Source of the DNA: Heterodontus francisci
Taxonomy: Eukaryota
Direction: 5' to 3'
Assembly: GCF_036365525.1 (NCBI RefSeq)
Contig: NC_090399.1
Location: 2,418,001-2,482,000 of the forward strand
DNA length: 64,000 bases
In this document: positions 1-13,200 of the stretch, piece by piece
Position numbering within the stretch: the first letter of the stretch is position 1
Layout of the letters: each line of letters opens with the position of its first letter
Made by a program: the position numbers and the translations under genes
Notes under the pieces: generated by a model
Databases searched by the model: none
Told to the model about the DNA's origin: nothing
What the model saw: the letters and a program-made list of their open reading frames with translations, nothing else

Positions 1-1125
1 TTCACTCAAAGGATTGTGAATCTTTGGAATTCTTTTCCCAAGTGGGTTGTGAATGATCCATGGTTGAATATATTTAAGACTGGGATAGGCAGTTTTTTGG
101 TCTCTCAGGAACTCAAGGGGAATGGTAAGTGGGCAGGAAAGTGGAGTTGAATCCCAAGATCAGCCATGATCAGTACTGAATGGCAGAACAGGTTCAATGG
201 GTGATATTGTCTACCCTGCTCGTATTTCTTGTGTTCTTGTGTAAGCTGTGATGAGGACACAAAGATGTTGCAAAGAGATATCGACAGATAAAGACATTGG
301 TCAACAAGGTGGCAGATGGAGTATAATGTGAGGAAATGAAAGGTTATTCACTTTGACAATAATAGAAAAACAGAATATTTTTAAAAGGCATGAAACTTCT
401 AAAAGTTGATGTTGAGAGAGATTTGAGTGTGCTTGTACATGGATCACAGAAAGTTCGCATGTAGGTACAGCAAGCAATTAGGATGGAAAATGGCATGTTG
501 GCCTTAATTGCAAGGGGATTGGAGTACAAGAATAAAGAGGTCTTGCTACAATTATACAGACCTTTGGCGAGACCACACCTGGAGTACTGTGCTCAGTTTT
601 GGTCTCCATATTTAGAGGATATACTTGCCTTGGAAGCGGTCCAGCAAAGGTTCACTAGATTGGTCCTTGGGTTGAGTGGGTTGTCCTATGATGAGAGGCT
701 GAGTAAATTTGGCCTATACTCTCTGGAGTTTAGAAGAACGAGAGGTGATCTCGTTGAAACGTAAAAGATTCTGAAGGCGCTTTGCAGGGTAGACACAGAG
801 ATTGTTTCCCCTGGCTGGGGAATCTAGAACATGGGGATACAATCTCAGGATAAGGGGACGATCATTTAGGACTGTAATAAGGATAAATTTCCTCACTCAA
901 AATGTTGTGAATCTTTGGAATTCTCTACCCCAGAGGGTTGTGGATGCCCCATCACTGAGTATATTTAAGACTGAGATAAACAGATTATTGGTCTCTCAAG
1001 GAATCAAGTGATGTGGGCAGTGGGTGGAAAAGTGGAATTGAGGTAAGTGATCAGCCATGATTGTACTGAATGGTGGAGTAGTCTTGAGGGGTTGAATGGT
1101 CTACTCCTGCTTCTATTTCCTATGA
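1..1125 (+). mobile_element. Two tandem CR1-type LINE 3' fragments
   Basis: RPHLEYCAQFWSP, LYSLEFRR.RGDL, FTQRVVNLWNSLP motifs; CR1 3' UTR seen twice (about 1-240 and 240-1125). Confidence 0.85.
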
Positions 1126-1182
1126 TGTTATTTATCATCTGATGGGTAAAGCAGTTGAAAGTGTGGGAATTGAAGTAATTAC

Positions 1183-1284
1183 CTTTCTCAATGAATAACC
1201 AGTGGAGCAGTTTCAATATCCCGTACAGAACAAAAGCACAAATAAACATCCCAATGGCATCTTCAATGGAAGGACCGGCAGCTC
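1183..1284 (-). CDS. TAPBP: Tapasin-family exon 6 (connecting peptide plus transmembrane helix)
   Basis: 102 nt, phase 1-1; GAAGPSIEDAIGMFICAFVLYGILKLLHWLFIEK with the intramembrane Lys typical of tapasin. Confidence 0.9.
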
Positions 1285-4200
1285 CTGCATGGAGATCAAG
1301 AGAAATGCTGTTAATTACCTCTTGGTACCATTGCTCCTGCTAACAGTCAGATCCTAATCATGTACCTTTCCCTGTGTGAACCCTCCTCAGTCCAGAACCC
1401 AATGTACAATCTCACCGTGAGGATCAGGATCCCCTTCAAAGGTCAGATGTTTGTGAGGGCATCGGCCTCAAAATCAGCAAGATGTTCACTTGTTGTAAAG
1501 TTACACACCCAGCTTGGGACAGTCTGCCTGTTAATGGTAGTGGATGAAGAAACTCTGGCTGTGGGCGTGGGGAACCTGTGCTTGTCCGTGACTCAGGAGT
1601 ACCGAGGTGGAATTGGCTCCCCTCCGACACCAGCCCAATGTGGACAATTCAGGCCAAGTTTCAGTCTTTCCCCATCCGATGGAAAAGGTCGCCTGTTCTT
1701 TACAGAACCAGCTGCTTTTTAATGGAATGCAGATTGAGCCAGTTCATCCTCCCTACCAGGTAAAGACCAAAACCTGCCTCGTCAGTCAGCTCCCGCCAAT
1801 TGTCCAGTTATCCATTTAAGGCAGGGACGAGCAGATGGGGAGCCAGTCAAGATTCTGCATCCTCTCTGACACCAGAACAAAGGCAGTTTGAGAGAATGGG
1901 GCATTCACAATGGGTCATTAATATTAAATACATTGGAAGTCTGCTTTTCACAGGCTTATGAAGGAAGCTCTCAGACTAACCGTTATCTAACCGTGATCCA
2001 GAATATTCCTTTCAAACCCCAAAGTGTTCAGAAATAACCGCACCCCCCCCCCCGCCCCCACAAAAAAACAGTTAATTGTAATTCTCCCTCTAAAAGGTCG
2101 CTTTGAATTGGTGACTCATCAACAACAACAACTTGAATTTGTAGGGGGAAAAATTGTGGCCGATGCAGCTAAATAAATATACACGTATATACAAGATGAA
2201 AGTGTGTACAAAATGGAGTATTTACCCAAGGCATTGTGGGACAAGTTAGTTAGCTTGCAGTCTTGAGCATGGTACTGCTTAGCACAGGCAATTAGGCTGA
2301 CCAAAGAGGGCCCCTCATATCAGTGCTCAAGACCGCAGACGTCTAATTGCAGACTGCACAAAACAGCTAGGAAAGCAGGCCTGACAGAGGTAGAAAGATT
2401 CATTGTGAAGACTCAAGGATAGTTGATAAGGGGGCCTGGTAAACATCCTGAGATGGTCAGGGGCGTACCACGAGCTAGCCCCACAACCACATGATACCTA
2501 ATTCGTAATTTTATTGGTAATGAATGTAATCTATGTAATCAATAACCATTATGATTGGATTGTGTTCAGCCGGGATGGGCTGAGTAACCGTATGTCCGTT
2601 GTGGATTTTCCTTTGTTCAGTGGAGAAGTGCATGGTAAGCCCAGCATCTTACTCCACACCGGTGTAAAATAAACCTTTTGACAATTGGAACAGACCTGAG
2701 CATCAAGTGGTTCATTTTAGTCAATTCCACGCTAACAAATTTCTATAGTGCTTTTATCATAGAGAAACATTTGAAGACACTCCACAAATGTGTAATCAGA
2801 CCAAAACTGACACTGGGTCAAAGAATATAGGAAATTAGGGGATGTATGGAAGCTTGGCCAAAGAGGGGGGGGGGGTTATGTGGTGAGCAGAGAGAGGGGT
2901 TTAGGGAGGGAATTTATTTTTCTATTTGTTATCCATCCCTAATTGCCCTTGGCAGGCAAAATTGTAATGGAACAATGGCCTGCCTTAAAAGAGGAGGTAA
3001 TTTGGGTACAATCAAAGTACATTCCCATGCAGGGGAAAGGTGGGACAACGAAAGAGATAGAGAGTAAGATTAAGCAGGAACAGGGTGTATAGGACACATG
3101 TCAGATTGATAATACATCCTTACCTAAGGAAGGATATACTTGCCATAGAGGGAGTGCAATGAAGGTTCACCAGACTGACCCCTGCAATGGCAGGATTGTC
3201 CTATGAGGAGAGATTGAGGAGAATGGGCCTATATTCTCCAGAGTTTAGAAGAACGAGAGGTGATCTCATTGAGGCACACAGAATTATTACAGGGCTCAAC
3301 AAGGTGGATGCTGGAAGTTTCCCCTGGCTGAGCAGTCTAGAACCATGGGACACAGTCTCAGAATAAGAGGCAGGCCATTTAGGACTGACAATAGGGAGGA
3401 ATTTCTTCACACTGAGGGTGGTGAATCTTTGGAATTCTCTACTCCAGAGGGCTGTGGATGCTCAGTCATTGAGTATATTCAAGACAGAGATCAGTAGATA
3501 TCTAGGTATTAAAGATATCAAGGGATACGGGGATAGTGCGAGAAAATGGCATTGATCAGCCATGATCTAACTGAATGGCGAAGCAGGCTCAAGGGGCCGA
3601 ATGGCCTAGTCCTGCTCCTATTTCCTATATTCCTAACTAAGTGGCTTGCTAGGCCATTTCAGAGGGCATTTATGAGTCAACCACATTGCTGTGGGTCTGG
3701 AGTCACATGTAGGCCAGACCAGGTAAGGATGGCAGATTTCCTTCCCTAAAAGGACATTAGTGAACCTGATGGGTTTTTACATCAATCGACATTGGTCACC
3801 ATTATACTAGCTTTTAATTCCAGATTTATGAATTGAATTCAAATTTCACCATCTGCCATGGTGGGATTCAAACCCATGTCCCCAGAGGATTATTCTTGGC
3901 CTCTGGATTACTACTCCAGTGACATTACCACCACACTACCGCCTCCTCCTAAATTCCAGAGTGTGGGATTGGCAGCTGAAAGCTGAAGCCAATGGTGGGG
4001 CAAAGGCATTGGGGAATGTGGGATTGGCCAGATTGGAGGAGTGCTGAGTTCTTGGAGGCTTGTAGGGCTGGGGGATGTTCCAGAGATAGGGACAATACAG
4101 TCCAGAGGGAATGCTCGTACTATACAGAGCTGGATTCTGCAATGCCACAGCTGATTGCACTGAAAAAAGCATAACTCCTTCTTTAATTCGGATGTGCGGC

Positions 4201-7200
4201 TCTCTTTGATAGTGGATCCCGGCTCAAGCCTCCCTCTTTAAACTGTTGCAGGTGAAGAACGTTGGTCACTTGAGAGGGTCATAAGCTGGTGGGGGTGGAA
4301 ACACCTCATGAGCTCTCACTCCTGGTACAGAAACTCTTAGACCAGGTATGCGCACACTGGAATATCAAAGCATGAAGGCTAGAGACCATCTGTGCACAAA
4401 CTGGTAAAATCAGTCCCCATGTCTTGAACTCAAACCCCAGGGTTTAAAGGCATCAGGGTCCGGCACTAATTCAAACAGAAACTGTATTAACTCCTGGTTT
4501 GCACTGTCTTTACCTGCCACCTTCAGGGTTATGCTCTTCCGGACTGCTGACTTGACAGACATATGGTCAACATAGCAGGTATAGATGGTGTCGTGGTCGC
4601 CCGAGGTGGGCTTGACTGTGATGTAACTCGTCATGTTGTATGTGCCATCAGGATTCCGGCGGTGGCCACTCAGACAGCTCTTGGTGATGTGACTGGCAGT
4701 GCCATTACCAGCCTTCTTCTCCATCCATGTTACGCTGACATCCAGTGGATAGTAGGAGCTGATCTCACACAAGACATTGTGTTCCTGGCCAGGCATCAGG
4801 TACAAGGGATCCGGGTCCAGTGTGAGTTTTGGCGGCTCTGCGAATGTAAATTGAAAGAAATAACAACTAGCACATGGATGTCTACCAGCCATTAACTGTG
4901 GCTCAGTGGGTGACACTCACTACCGAGTCAGACAGTTGTGGGTTTGAGCCCACTCCAGAGACTCAAGCACGATGTAACTGCAGTGTGGTGCCGAGCATGT
5001 GAATAATCAGCACCCACTGTGGAACTGTACAGCACAATCACGGGTTCAATCCCTGGTTGGCACCGAGTTACCTGCTCGAAGGGGTGGCTGCTACAATTGG
5101 CATCAGTTCTGCTGATTGTTACCTTGTGACCCTACTGTAAAGCTCATGTGTGGGAAAAATCAGGCAGGGAAGTGGTTTGAGAGAGAGATCAGAAAAACCA
5201 GGGCACCTTTCACAGCAACGCAAAAGGTCAAGGGGAGAATTTTTTTCTTTCATGGGACGTGGGCATCACTGGATGTTGCTTATCCCTAATTGCCCTTGAC
5301 AACTGAGTGGCTTACTACGCCACTCAGAGGGCAGTTATGAGTCAACTACATTGCTGTGGGTCTCGAGTCACATGTAGGCCAGACCAGGTAAGGATGGCAG
5401 ATTTCCTTCCCCAAAGAGCATCAGTCAACCTAAGCGGTTTTTACAACAATCAATACCAGTTTCACTAGCTTTCAGACTGAATTAATCGAATTTAAATTCC
5501 ACCAGCTGCCGTGGTCGGACTTGAACCCATGTCCCCAAAGCATTAGGCTGAGCCCCTAGATTACTCGTTTGGTGATATTACCACAATGCCACCATCTCCT
5601 CCTCAGACAATGAGCTCAGAATTATGAGATTTCAGGTGAAACAATTTTTATAAGTTAGCGAGTCGATCATGAGAGGGAATAAATCTAACACGATCACCAG
5701 GAGATCAAAGGAGAATTTCATTTTATACAGTGTCCGGGTAGGAAATGGAAATAGTCGATTAGAAGCAGTATGGGATGCAGAATCGAAAACTGTTTTTTAA
5801 CAGAGAAGTGGGGAGAAATGGTTAAGGGAGTATGGAGAATGGGACTGAGGCAAACACTGTACCCCACCAGAGGGTCACACCTTAAGAAAATGGGGTTAGC
5901 AGACAGACCAAAATACCACAATCACTTCTTGTGACTGTTGCTGCTTCTGTGGTTCAGAGTTGCTCTTACAAAGAGCCAGCACAGACATGATGGGCTGAAT
6001 TACCTCCATCTGTGCTGTAAACTTCTTTTGTTCTACTGCCTGTAACATATGCTCTGTCGCACTTTCCCTGTCCCACTTTTCCGACCAACCCAATCTTGTT
6101 GTTAACTGTCTATATTCATTATGAGCAATGCCATTGGGAATTCTATTATCATGTCCTATTTACAATGGAACTGTTGACTACCTGTGATCTCGAGGTCAAT
6201 GGACTGCTGAGCATGCAGGTTTGGCATGTAAATTGTACAGATGTAGCTTCCTTCATGCCTGATGTTAACATTGCGAATCAGGAGCGAGGCGTTTCCACGA
6301 CTGTGAAGCTCGTAGAAAAACATTTCGGTCCCCTCCTCCGCTGTGTCCACGCGGTCTTGCGCCCCGTGATATGCGTACACCAAGTGCCCGCTGCCCTTAA
6401 ACTGGTAGCGCCACTCTACTGCAAAGCCAGTCTGCCTGTCCATAGCAAAGCCACAGTCCAACAGGACGTCCCGCTTCAGTTCCGTCCGCACTGTTGGCGA
6501 TCGAGTGAAAACATTCAGGACAACTGCAAAAGAAAAGGTCAGACCAAGAAGCAATGAATCATGGAAAGAAAGACTCACATTTGTAAAGCATCTTCTGCAA
6601 CCCCAGGATGTCTGAAAGTGATTTACAGCCAATGAAGTACATGTAAAGTGTGTAGCATGAGATTGTGGGTTCAAGTCCCACAACCAGGCCAGAATTTTAC
6701 ACACCCCCTGGGGAAGGGGACTGGGGGTGGGGGAGGGTGCCGTTCCTGTTGCCAACCTTCCCCTGTTGCCATTTTAGCAGCAGGAGAGGTTGAAAATAGC
6801 CTGCCCGTCCCATGCCAATTGAGGCCCTGAAGTGGCCAATTAATTGTCACTTAAGAGCCTCCTCCCGCTGCTGCGGGCTCTTTGCCACCTGGGGAGGCTG
6901 CCTGGTAAAACCTGGGACACCCACCAACTCCTCCCCCGCCCCCCCCCCACCCCGTGGCACAAGCTGCCCCTGCTGAAGCACCTCCCCCCACCCTCCTAAT
7001 TGACCCCCACCCCCCCTCGCCAGGGACCAGCCAATTTTTCACTCACCTTTCGGTGCTGGCACCTATGATGCAGCTCTGGGCTGGGTGCAGTCCCAGCAGT
7101 GGTTACTGCTCCCAGTGAACCCAGTTCCGAAGAAGGGTCACAGATCTGAAACGTTAACTCTGCTTCTCTCTCCACAGATGCTGCCAAACCTGCTGAGTAT

Positions 7201-10200
7201 TTCCAGCATTTCTTGTTTTTATCCCTAACTATTCTAAATCCATTTTACAGCACTTGGTCTGTAGCCTTGTATGTTATGGCATTTCAAGTGCTCATCTAAA
7301 TACTTCTTAAATGTTGTGAGGGCTCCTGCCTCTACCATCTCTTCAGTTTCTTCCTACCTACTCTGTCAAAACTCCCCTTAACACCTATGTCTTCACAAAT
7401 GAAGAGAGGGCATCACACAGCATCAGATTATATCGGAATATAGAAATTCCTAGGTGATAAAAGGCCTGGTAGTCACATGTTACAATGGGAATGGCTTTCT
7501 TGGCTAATCAGAGCATTCAATCCCTTTATCAATGAGTCTGTAACAGACCCAGACACGAGGCGAGGAAAACCCCCATTGGTGGAGTGCTTTGGGAACCAAC
7601 TGTCCAAAGTCACCCATTCCTCCTTTACAATGTACGCTGAGTCAGAACAGGATACTACATGAAGTTGGAGCAGGTTGGATACTGGAGGCTCAGTCAGTGG
7701 GAGCCCTCTTGTCAATGATACCTGATGTCTGACGGGGGGAGGTGTCCTCTGCTCTGCTGTGGCCAGAGATGACCCGATGGAGACTGGCCACACTGAACGA
7801 GTGATCAAATGTCTGGAGGTGGCTGCAGAACCAGGTGCTCGAGTCATAGGCAGGAGTCCTTTCATCCTCGGTCAGGTGCGTGGCCCAGTTTAAATTGGTC
7901 TCTTGGGGTAAATACTTATTAATCTCACAGTGTGGCTTCTCACTCGGATTTTTGGGCTTTTTGAAACCGGGGTGAGTGGTAATTCTTGAATCGTCTGTTT
8001 TTTTAAAAAAAAAAGAAGAGGGAATCAAGCACATGAAATAACTGAGAGATTTTGGTCAATCGTTTGTCTGTTACAGTTCACATTAACGTCAGACACTGCC
8101 ATCTATTAGAACACTGCCCTTTCACCTCAAGGACCCTGTCACTGATCGAGCTCAGTCGGATAGCAAAGAAGCCTTGTGCTTTCGGTTATAAGAGCTCTTT
8201 ATGTGAGATACATTGGAACAGTTTCTAATTAGCCCAACATGCTAGAGTTAGCCTGTAGCACCAACATGCAGTAATTTATAAATTCCACTGAGAGGAGCAG
8301 TCAGGGTGGAGATGGGAGTGTCGCAGCATAGCATGTAATTAGGGGAGAAAAATATGTTAGAACAGGAACAATCCGACAAGGCCAACCCTTCTGTGGAAGG
8401 AATGCAAATGGGATGATAAAGAAGTAATAATTTTTCAGTTAGACAGAGGGCCTTTGTTACTCCATTAACATTAACCACGTGAGGCTGTTTGCTCTGCAAC
8501 TTTCCTTTGATATAATGATTGAATTGGCGGTTGTTTAAGAGTCACATGGTATGTAGTTTAAGGTTTTAAACAGGGAGGCAGTGAGCAGCCTAGTGCACAC
8601 TGGGACAACAGGGCTTAAAGCTGGTGACAAGGTCAGGCACGTCCCAGATTTGATCAGTGGTCAGCACCGCAGCCTCACAGCTCTAGCGACCCGGGTTCAA
8701 TTCTGGGTCCTGCCTGTGTGGAGTTTGCAAGTTCTCCCTGTGTCTGCGTGGGTTTTCTCCGGGTGCTCCGGTTTCCTCCCACATGCCAAAAGACTTGCAG
8801 GTTGATAGGTTAATTGGCCATTATAAATTGTCCCTAGTATAGGTAGGTGGTAGGGAAATATAGGGACAGGTGGGGATGTGGTAGGAATATGGGATTAGTG
8901 TAGGATTAGTATAAATGGGTGGTTGATGGTCGGTACAGACTCGGTGGGCCGAAGGGCCTGTTTCGGTGCTGTATCTCTAAACTAAACTAAAACTAAACTA
9001 AACTTGCTTAGTCCATGGACACTGTTTGTGAGATAGAAACCTGAAGGTACAATTGTAATATTGCACAATTACTTTGTTCAATCTCTTACGCATAATAAAT
9101 ACTTTGTATACATTCAGCGTGTTAGAGTCTGCGGTCTTACCTCTCACATCAAAGAACATGCTTGGCTTGAGGTTGGAAGGAATGGCCAGATCCGAGGGTA
9201 ACTCTTTCTCCCCTCCATTTTGATACGGGACTTGGCGAAACAGCAGCAGAGCTTGATCCTGGGTAATGGAATTGGGGAAACTGCTTTTTCCACCACCCTC
9301 CTCCACAAACCAGCAGTCCACCACCGTGCCAATGTCCGACAAACCATCGAGACTTACCACTGTAGCGAGAAAGAGCTTTATTGTGACATTTGTCAACACA
9401 GTGAACTGGATGACAAGCATCTCTGCACAAATTCTAATCCTGACTTGATATCATTCCCTTGGAATTCTCATCTCCAAATTTCACATTAAGCTCATTGTGG
9501 TGCTTCCTCCCTATTGCCAGTGACGGGAGCCTTCCCAGTGCCATCCAGTTACAATTTGCACAAATATATTAAACTTCTGATGTCCATTTCCTGTCAGCAT
9601 TTAACCTTGTAAATTGCTTACCCATATTTATAATGGGAATTCTCTATGTAAACATGTCACGCTGTAAGTACACCCTCCCAGTAAGGGTGCTATACCATCA
9701 CCACTGCCGGGATGGTGTCATTACAGTCTGATATACTGAACACATTCCGCACTGTGTGCAACACCATAGGAGGTCGACTATTGGGCATGTTTTTTATTTG
9801 AATGCAGCCAGTAGATACCAAAACCACCTATAGCAAAAACTATGCACATCAAGCTATTGATTTCCATTGCTTATATCAGTAGAGTCCACTGCAAGGGGAG
9901 TGGGGGTTCCGGGAGTGTTTTAGCATTTACAGGGAGTCCTTGGGGAATGTGCCAGTATTCACAGGGGAAGTTCTGGCAGTGTGTTAGTATTTACAGGGGG
10001 TCCCCAGGGAGTGTGTCAATATTTACAGGGGGGGGCGGGGGTTACGGGAGCGTGTCAGTAGTTACATGGGTGGTGGGGGTGTTCCTAGGAGTGTGTCTGT
10101 ATTTACGGGGGGGGTCGTGGCAGGGATGGAGGGGAGAGCTCCAGGCAGGGTGTCAGTATTTACATGGGTGGTGGGGGTGTTCCTAGGAGTGTGTCTGTAT

Positions 10201-13200
10201 TTACGGGGGGGGTCGTGGCAGGGATGGAGGGGAGAGCTCCAGGCAGGGTGTCAGTATTTACATGGGTGGTGGGGGTGTTCCTAGGAGTGCGTCTGTATTT
10301 ACGGGGGGGGGGGGGGGGGGCGGGTCATGGCAGGGATGGAGGGGAGAGCTCCAGGCAGGGTGTCAGTATTTACATGGGTGGTCCTGGCAGTGTAGCGGCA
10401 TTTACAGGGGTCCCTGGCAGTATGTCAGTATTTACGTGGGGTGGGGGGGCGGTGCCCAAGAGTGTGTCAGTATTTGCAGGGGATCCCCAGGAGAGTGTCA
10501 GTATTTATAGGGGGTCCCGGGCCGTGCGTCAGTATTTACAGGGGGTGTCCTTGGGCATGTGTTAATATTTACCGAGGGTTCTTGCGAGTGTGTCAGTATT
10601 TATACACTATTTCTTGGTATTTACAAAAATCAGCTTTTCACCATGCCTTTTTTAAAATATTACTTCGAGGTTTGAGCATAATGGAGCTGAAATTGTTTTT
10701 GATGCAGTTGGAGAGCTGAAAGTGAAGGTGTCTGTTGAATAGTCCACCCTCAAGCTTCTTCATACCTTTGGCTGCTTTGTCACCTTCTAGAATCTATGGA
10801 CACTCATTTTTATAATGTGATTCCACATCTGGAACTTGCAGGAAATGTTAGTGAGCTTGGTCTTCAAGGATGTAACGTGAAATACGAGGGTTGCGATTAT
10901 TGTGCGACTGAACTGGTGTATTGCTTCTGGGAAAAAGCATATAAATTTGTCACTGGACAAGACTGCGGTCAGGCCTCAGTTAGAATACTGATCCCGTTTT
11001 AACCTCCTCACATAGTGAGGATTTGGAAAAAAAAAATTTATTTCCAAAATATACTTTATTCATAAAAATCTATAGAAAAAAAAATACATGACAAAACAGT
11101 TCTAAACAGCACCAAGTCAAAAATTACAAACAGTGCAAAGGAGGTCAGTTTCCTTCAATACAATCATGAGTTGCTTCACAACCCTTCCATTTCATTTTTC
11201 ATGCCATATACATTTTACAGCAAACGAAAATTTTCCCGATACTGCCTGAGGGGTTTCCCATGGATCCAGCCCCTCAGTTCAGCTTGGTGGGGGGACCTTA
11301 CACTGTGGTCTTTCCCCCATTGAGCCTTTGCTGCGGCTGCCCCAAGCTTTAGTGCATCCCTCAGCACGTAGTCCTGGACCTTGGAATGTGCCAGTCTGCA
11401 ACATTTGGTCGTGGACAACTCTTTGCGCTGGAAGACCAGCAAGTTCCGGGCAGACCAAAGGGCGTCTTTCACCGAATTGATATTCCTCCAGCAGCAGTTG
11501 ATGTTTGTCTCGGTGTGCATCCCTGGGAACAGCCCGTAGAGCACAGACTGCTGTGTTACAGAGCTGCTTGGGATGAACCTTGACAAAAACCACTGCATCT
11601 CTTTCCACACCTGCTTTGCAAAGACACATTCCAGAAGGAGGTGGGCGACCATCTCTTCCCCACCACAGCCCCCGCGGGGGCATTGTGCGGAGGGGGTGAG
11701 ACTTCGGGCAGGAAGGATCTGACGGGGAGGGCTCTTCTCACCACCAGCCAAGCTACATCTTGGTGCTTGTTTGAAAGTTCTGGTGATGAGGCATTCCGCC
11801 AAATGACTTTGGCGGTCTGCTCGGGGAACCATCCGACAGGATCCACCGTCTCCTTTTCCCGTAGGGCCTTGAGGACATTCTGTGCAGACCACTGCCTGAT
11901 GGATCGGTGGTCAAAGGCATTTTTCCACAGAAACTGTTCGACGAAGGATAGGTGGTACGGCACGGTCCAACTGCATGGAGCGTTCCACGGCAATGTGACC
12001 AGGCCCATCCTTCGCAACACCGGGGACAGATAGAACCTCAGCACGTAGTGACACTTGCCGTTTGCGTACTGGAGGTCGAAACACAGCTTGATGCAGCCAC
12101 ACCCGAAGGTAGTCATCAGGATGAGGGCCACGTTGGGTACATTTTTCCTGCCCTTATCCAGAGGTTTGAACATCGTGACATGGTGCAGAGCAGCATCATA
12201 GATTAATTCCCAGTTTAAGTCATCTTAGTTATCAAGATAGGCTAATAGTGCTGGGATTCTACTCTTTACAGTAGTGTAGACTATGAGGGTGTTTTGAATG
12301 AGGTTGATAAGATAATGAAAGGAATAGATTGTGTTTCATTTGACAGTTTGTTCCAATTTAATAGTTTCAGGGTCACAATTTTAACTTGTAGATAAGACCA
12401 GGTTGCTCTCAACCTCCCCCTTAATTGTCTGTGTGAGGCACTCCTTTAAACTCACCCTCCCCTTTTAATAGTCTGTGTCAGGCACTCCTTTAAACTCACT
12501 CCCTCCTTTAAGTGTATTGCTGCTAGTTACAGTTCCTGTGAAGTGTTTCACTCACCTTTTGGCTGTGTTATGGAATGGGTTCTTTCCACAATTTGCCTGC
12601 TGATGTATTTTGTTGTAGTATTTGTGTAATTGCACCTCATGACACTGTAAAACAGCTCCTGCCAAACACTTTGCAGCATTTCGCTTGCACGCAGTGTGCA
12701 CATGGCAGGGTATGAACCACAGACTGACAATATATGGGTCCCTGCCTCTCTCGCTCTCCGCTCTATCACAACTTCAATAACCCTGCGGATAAGCTACTCA
12801 CAGTATTAGGCTGAATGTATTTTTAAACCAGGATTTACTCCCTTTCTCTGGGGGTGGCTGCAATACAAAGCTGAGAAAGTGATTCTTGTTGTACAGAGCC
12901 CTGCTTAGACCCCATCCATAGTAACTGCAATCAGTTCTGGGCACCGCACCTCACGATGGGTATACTTGATTTGGAGGGGATGTTCACCAGAATGATACCC
13001 TGGCTCAGTGGGTTAAATTATGAGGACAGGTTGCTTAGACAAGGTTTGTATTCCCTTGTGTATGGAAGATTATTGGGTGCTATACTTAAGGTTTTGATGA
13101 ATCCAGAACATGGAGGTACAATCTCCAAATTAGAGCCAGGCCGTTCAGGAGTGTAAGATTATTAGATTACTAGAAAGTTACTAACCAGAACACTAATTGT

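Noticed and set aside
4410-6755. Ig-domain exons as MHC, B7/butyrophilin or antigen receptor genes
   Set aside because: The upstream N-domain exons and the GPS.ED TM motif identify the tapasin family; no recombination signal sequences seen.
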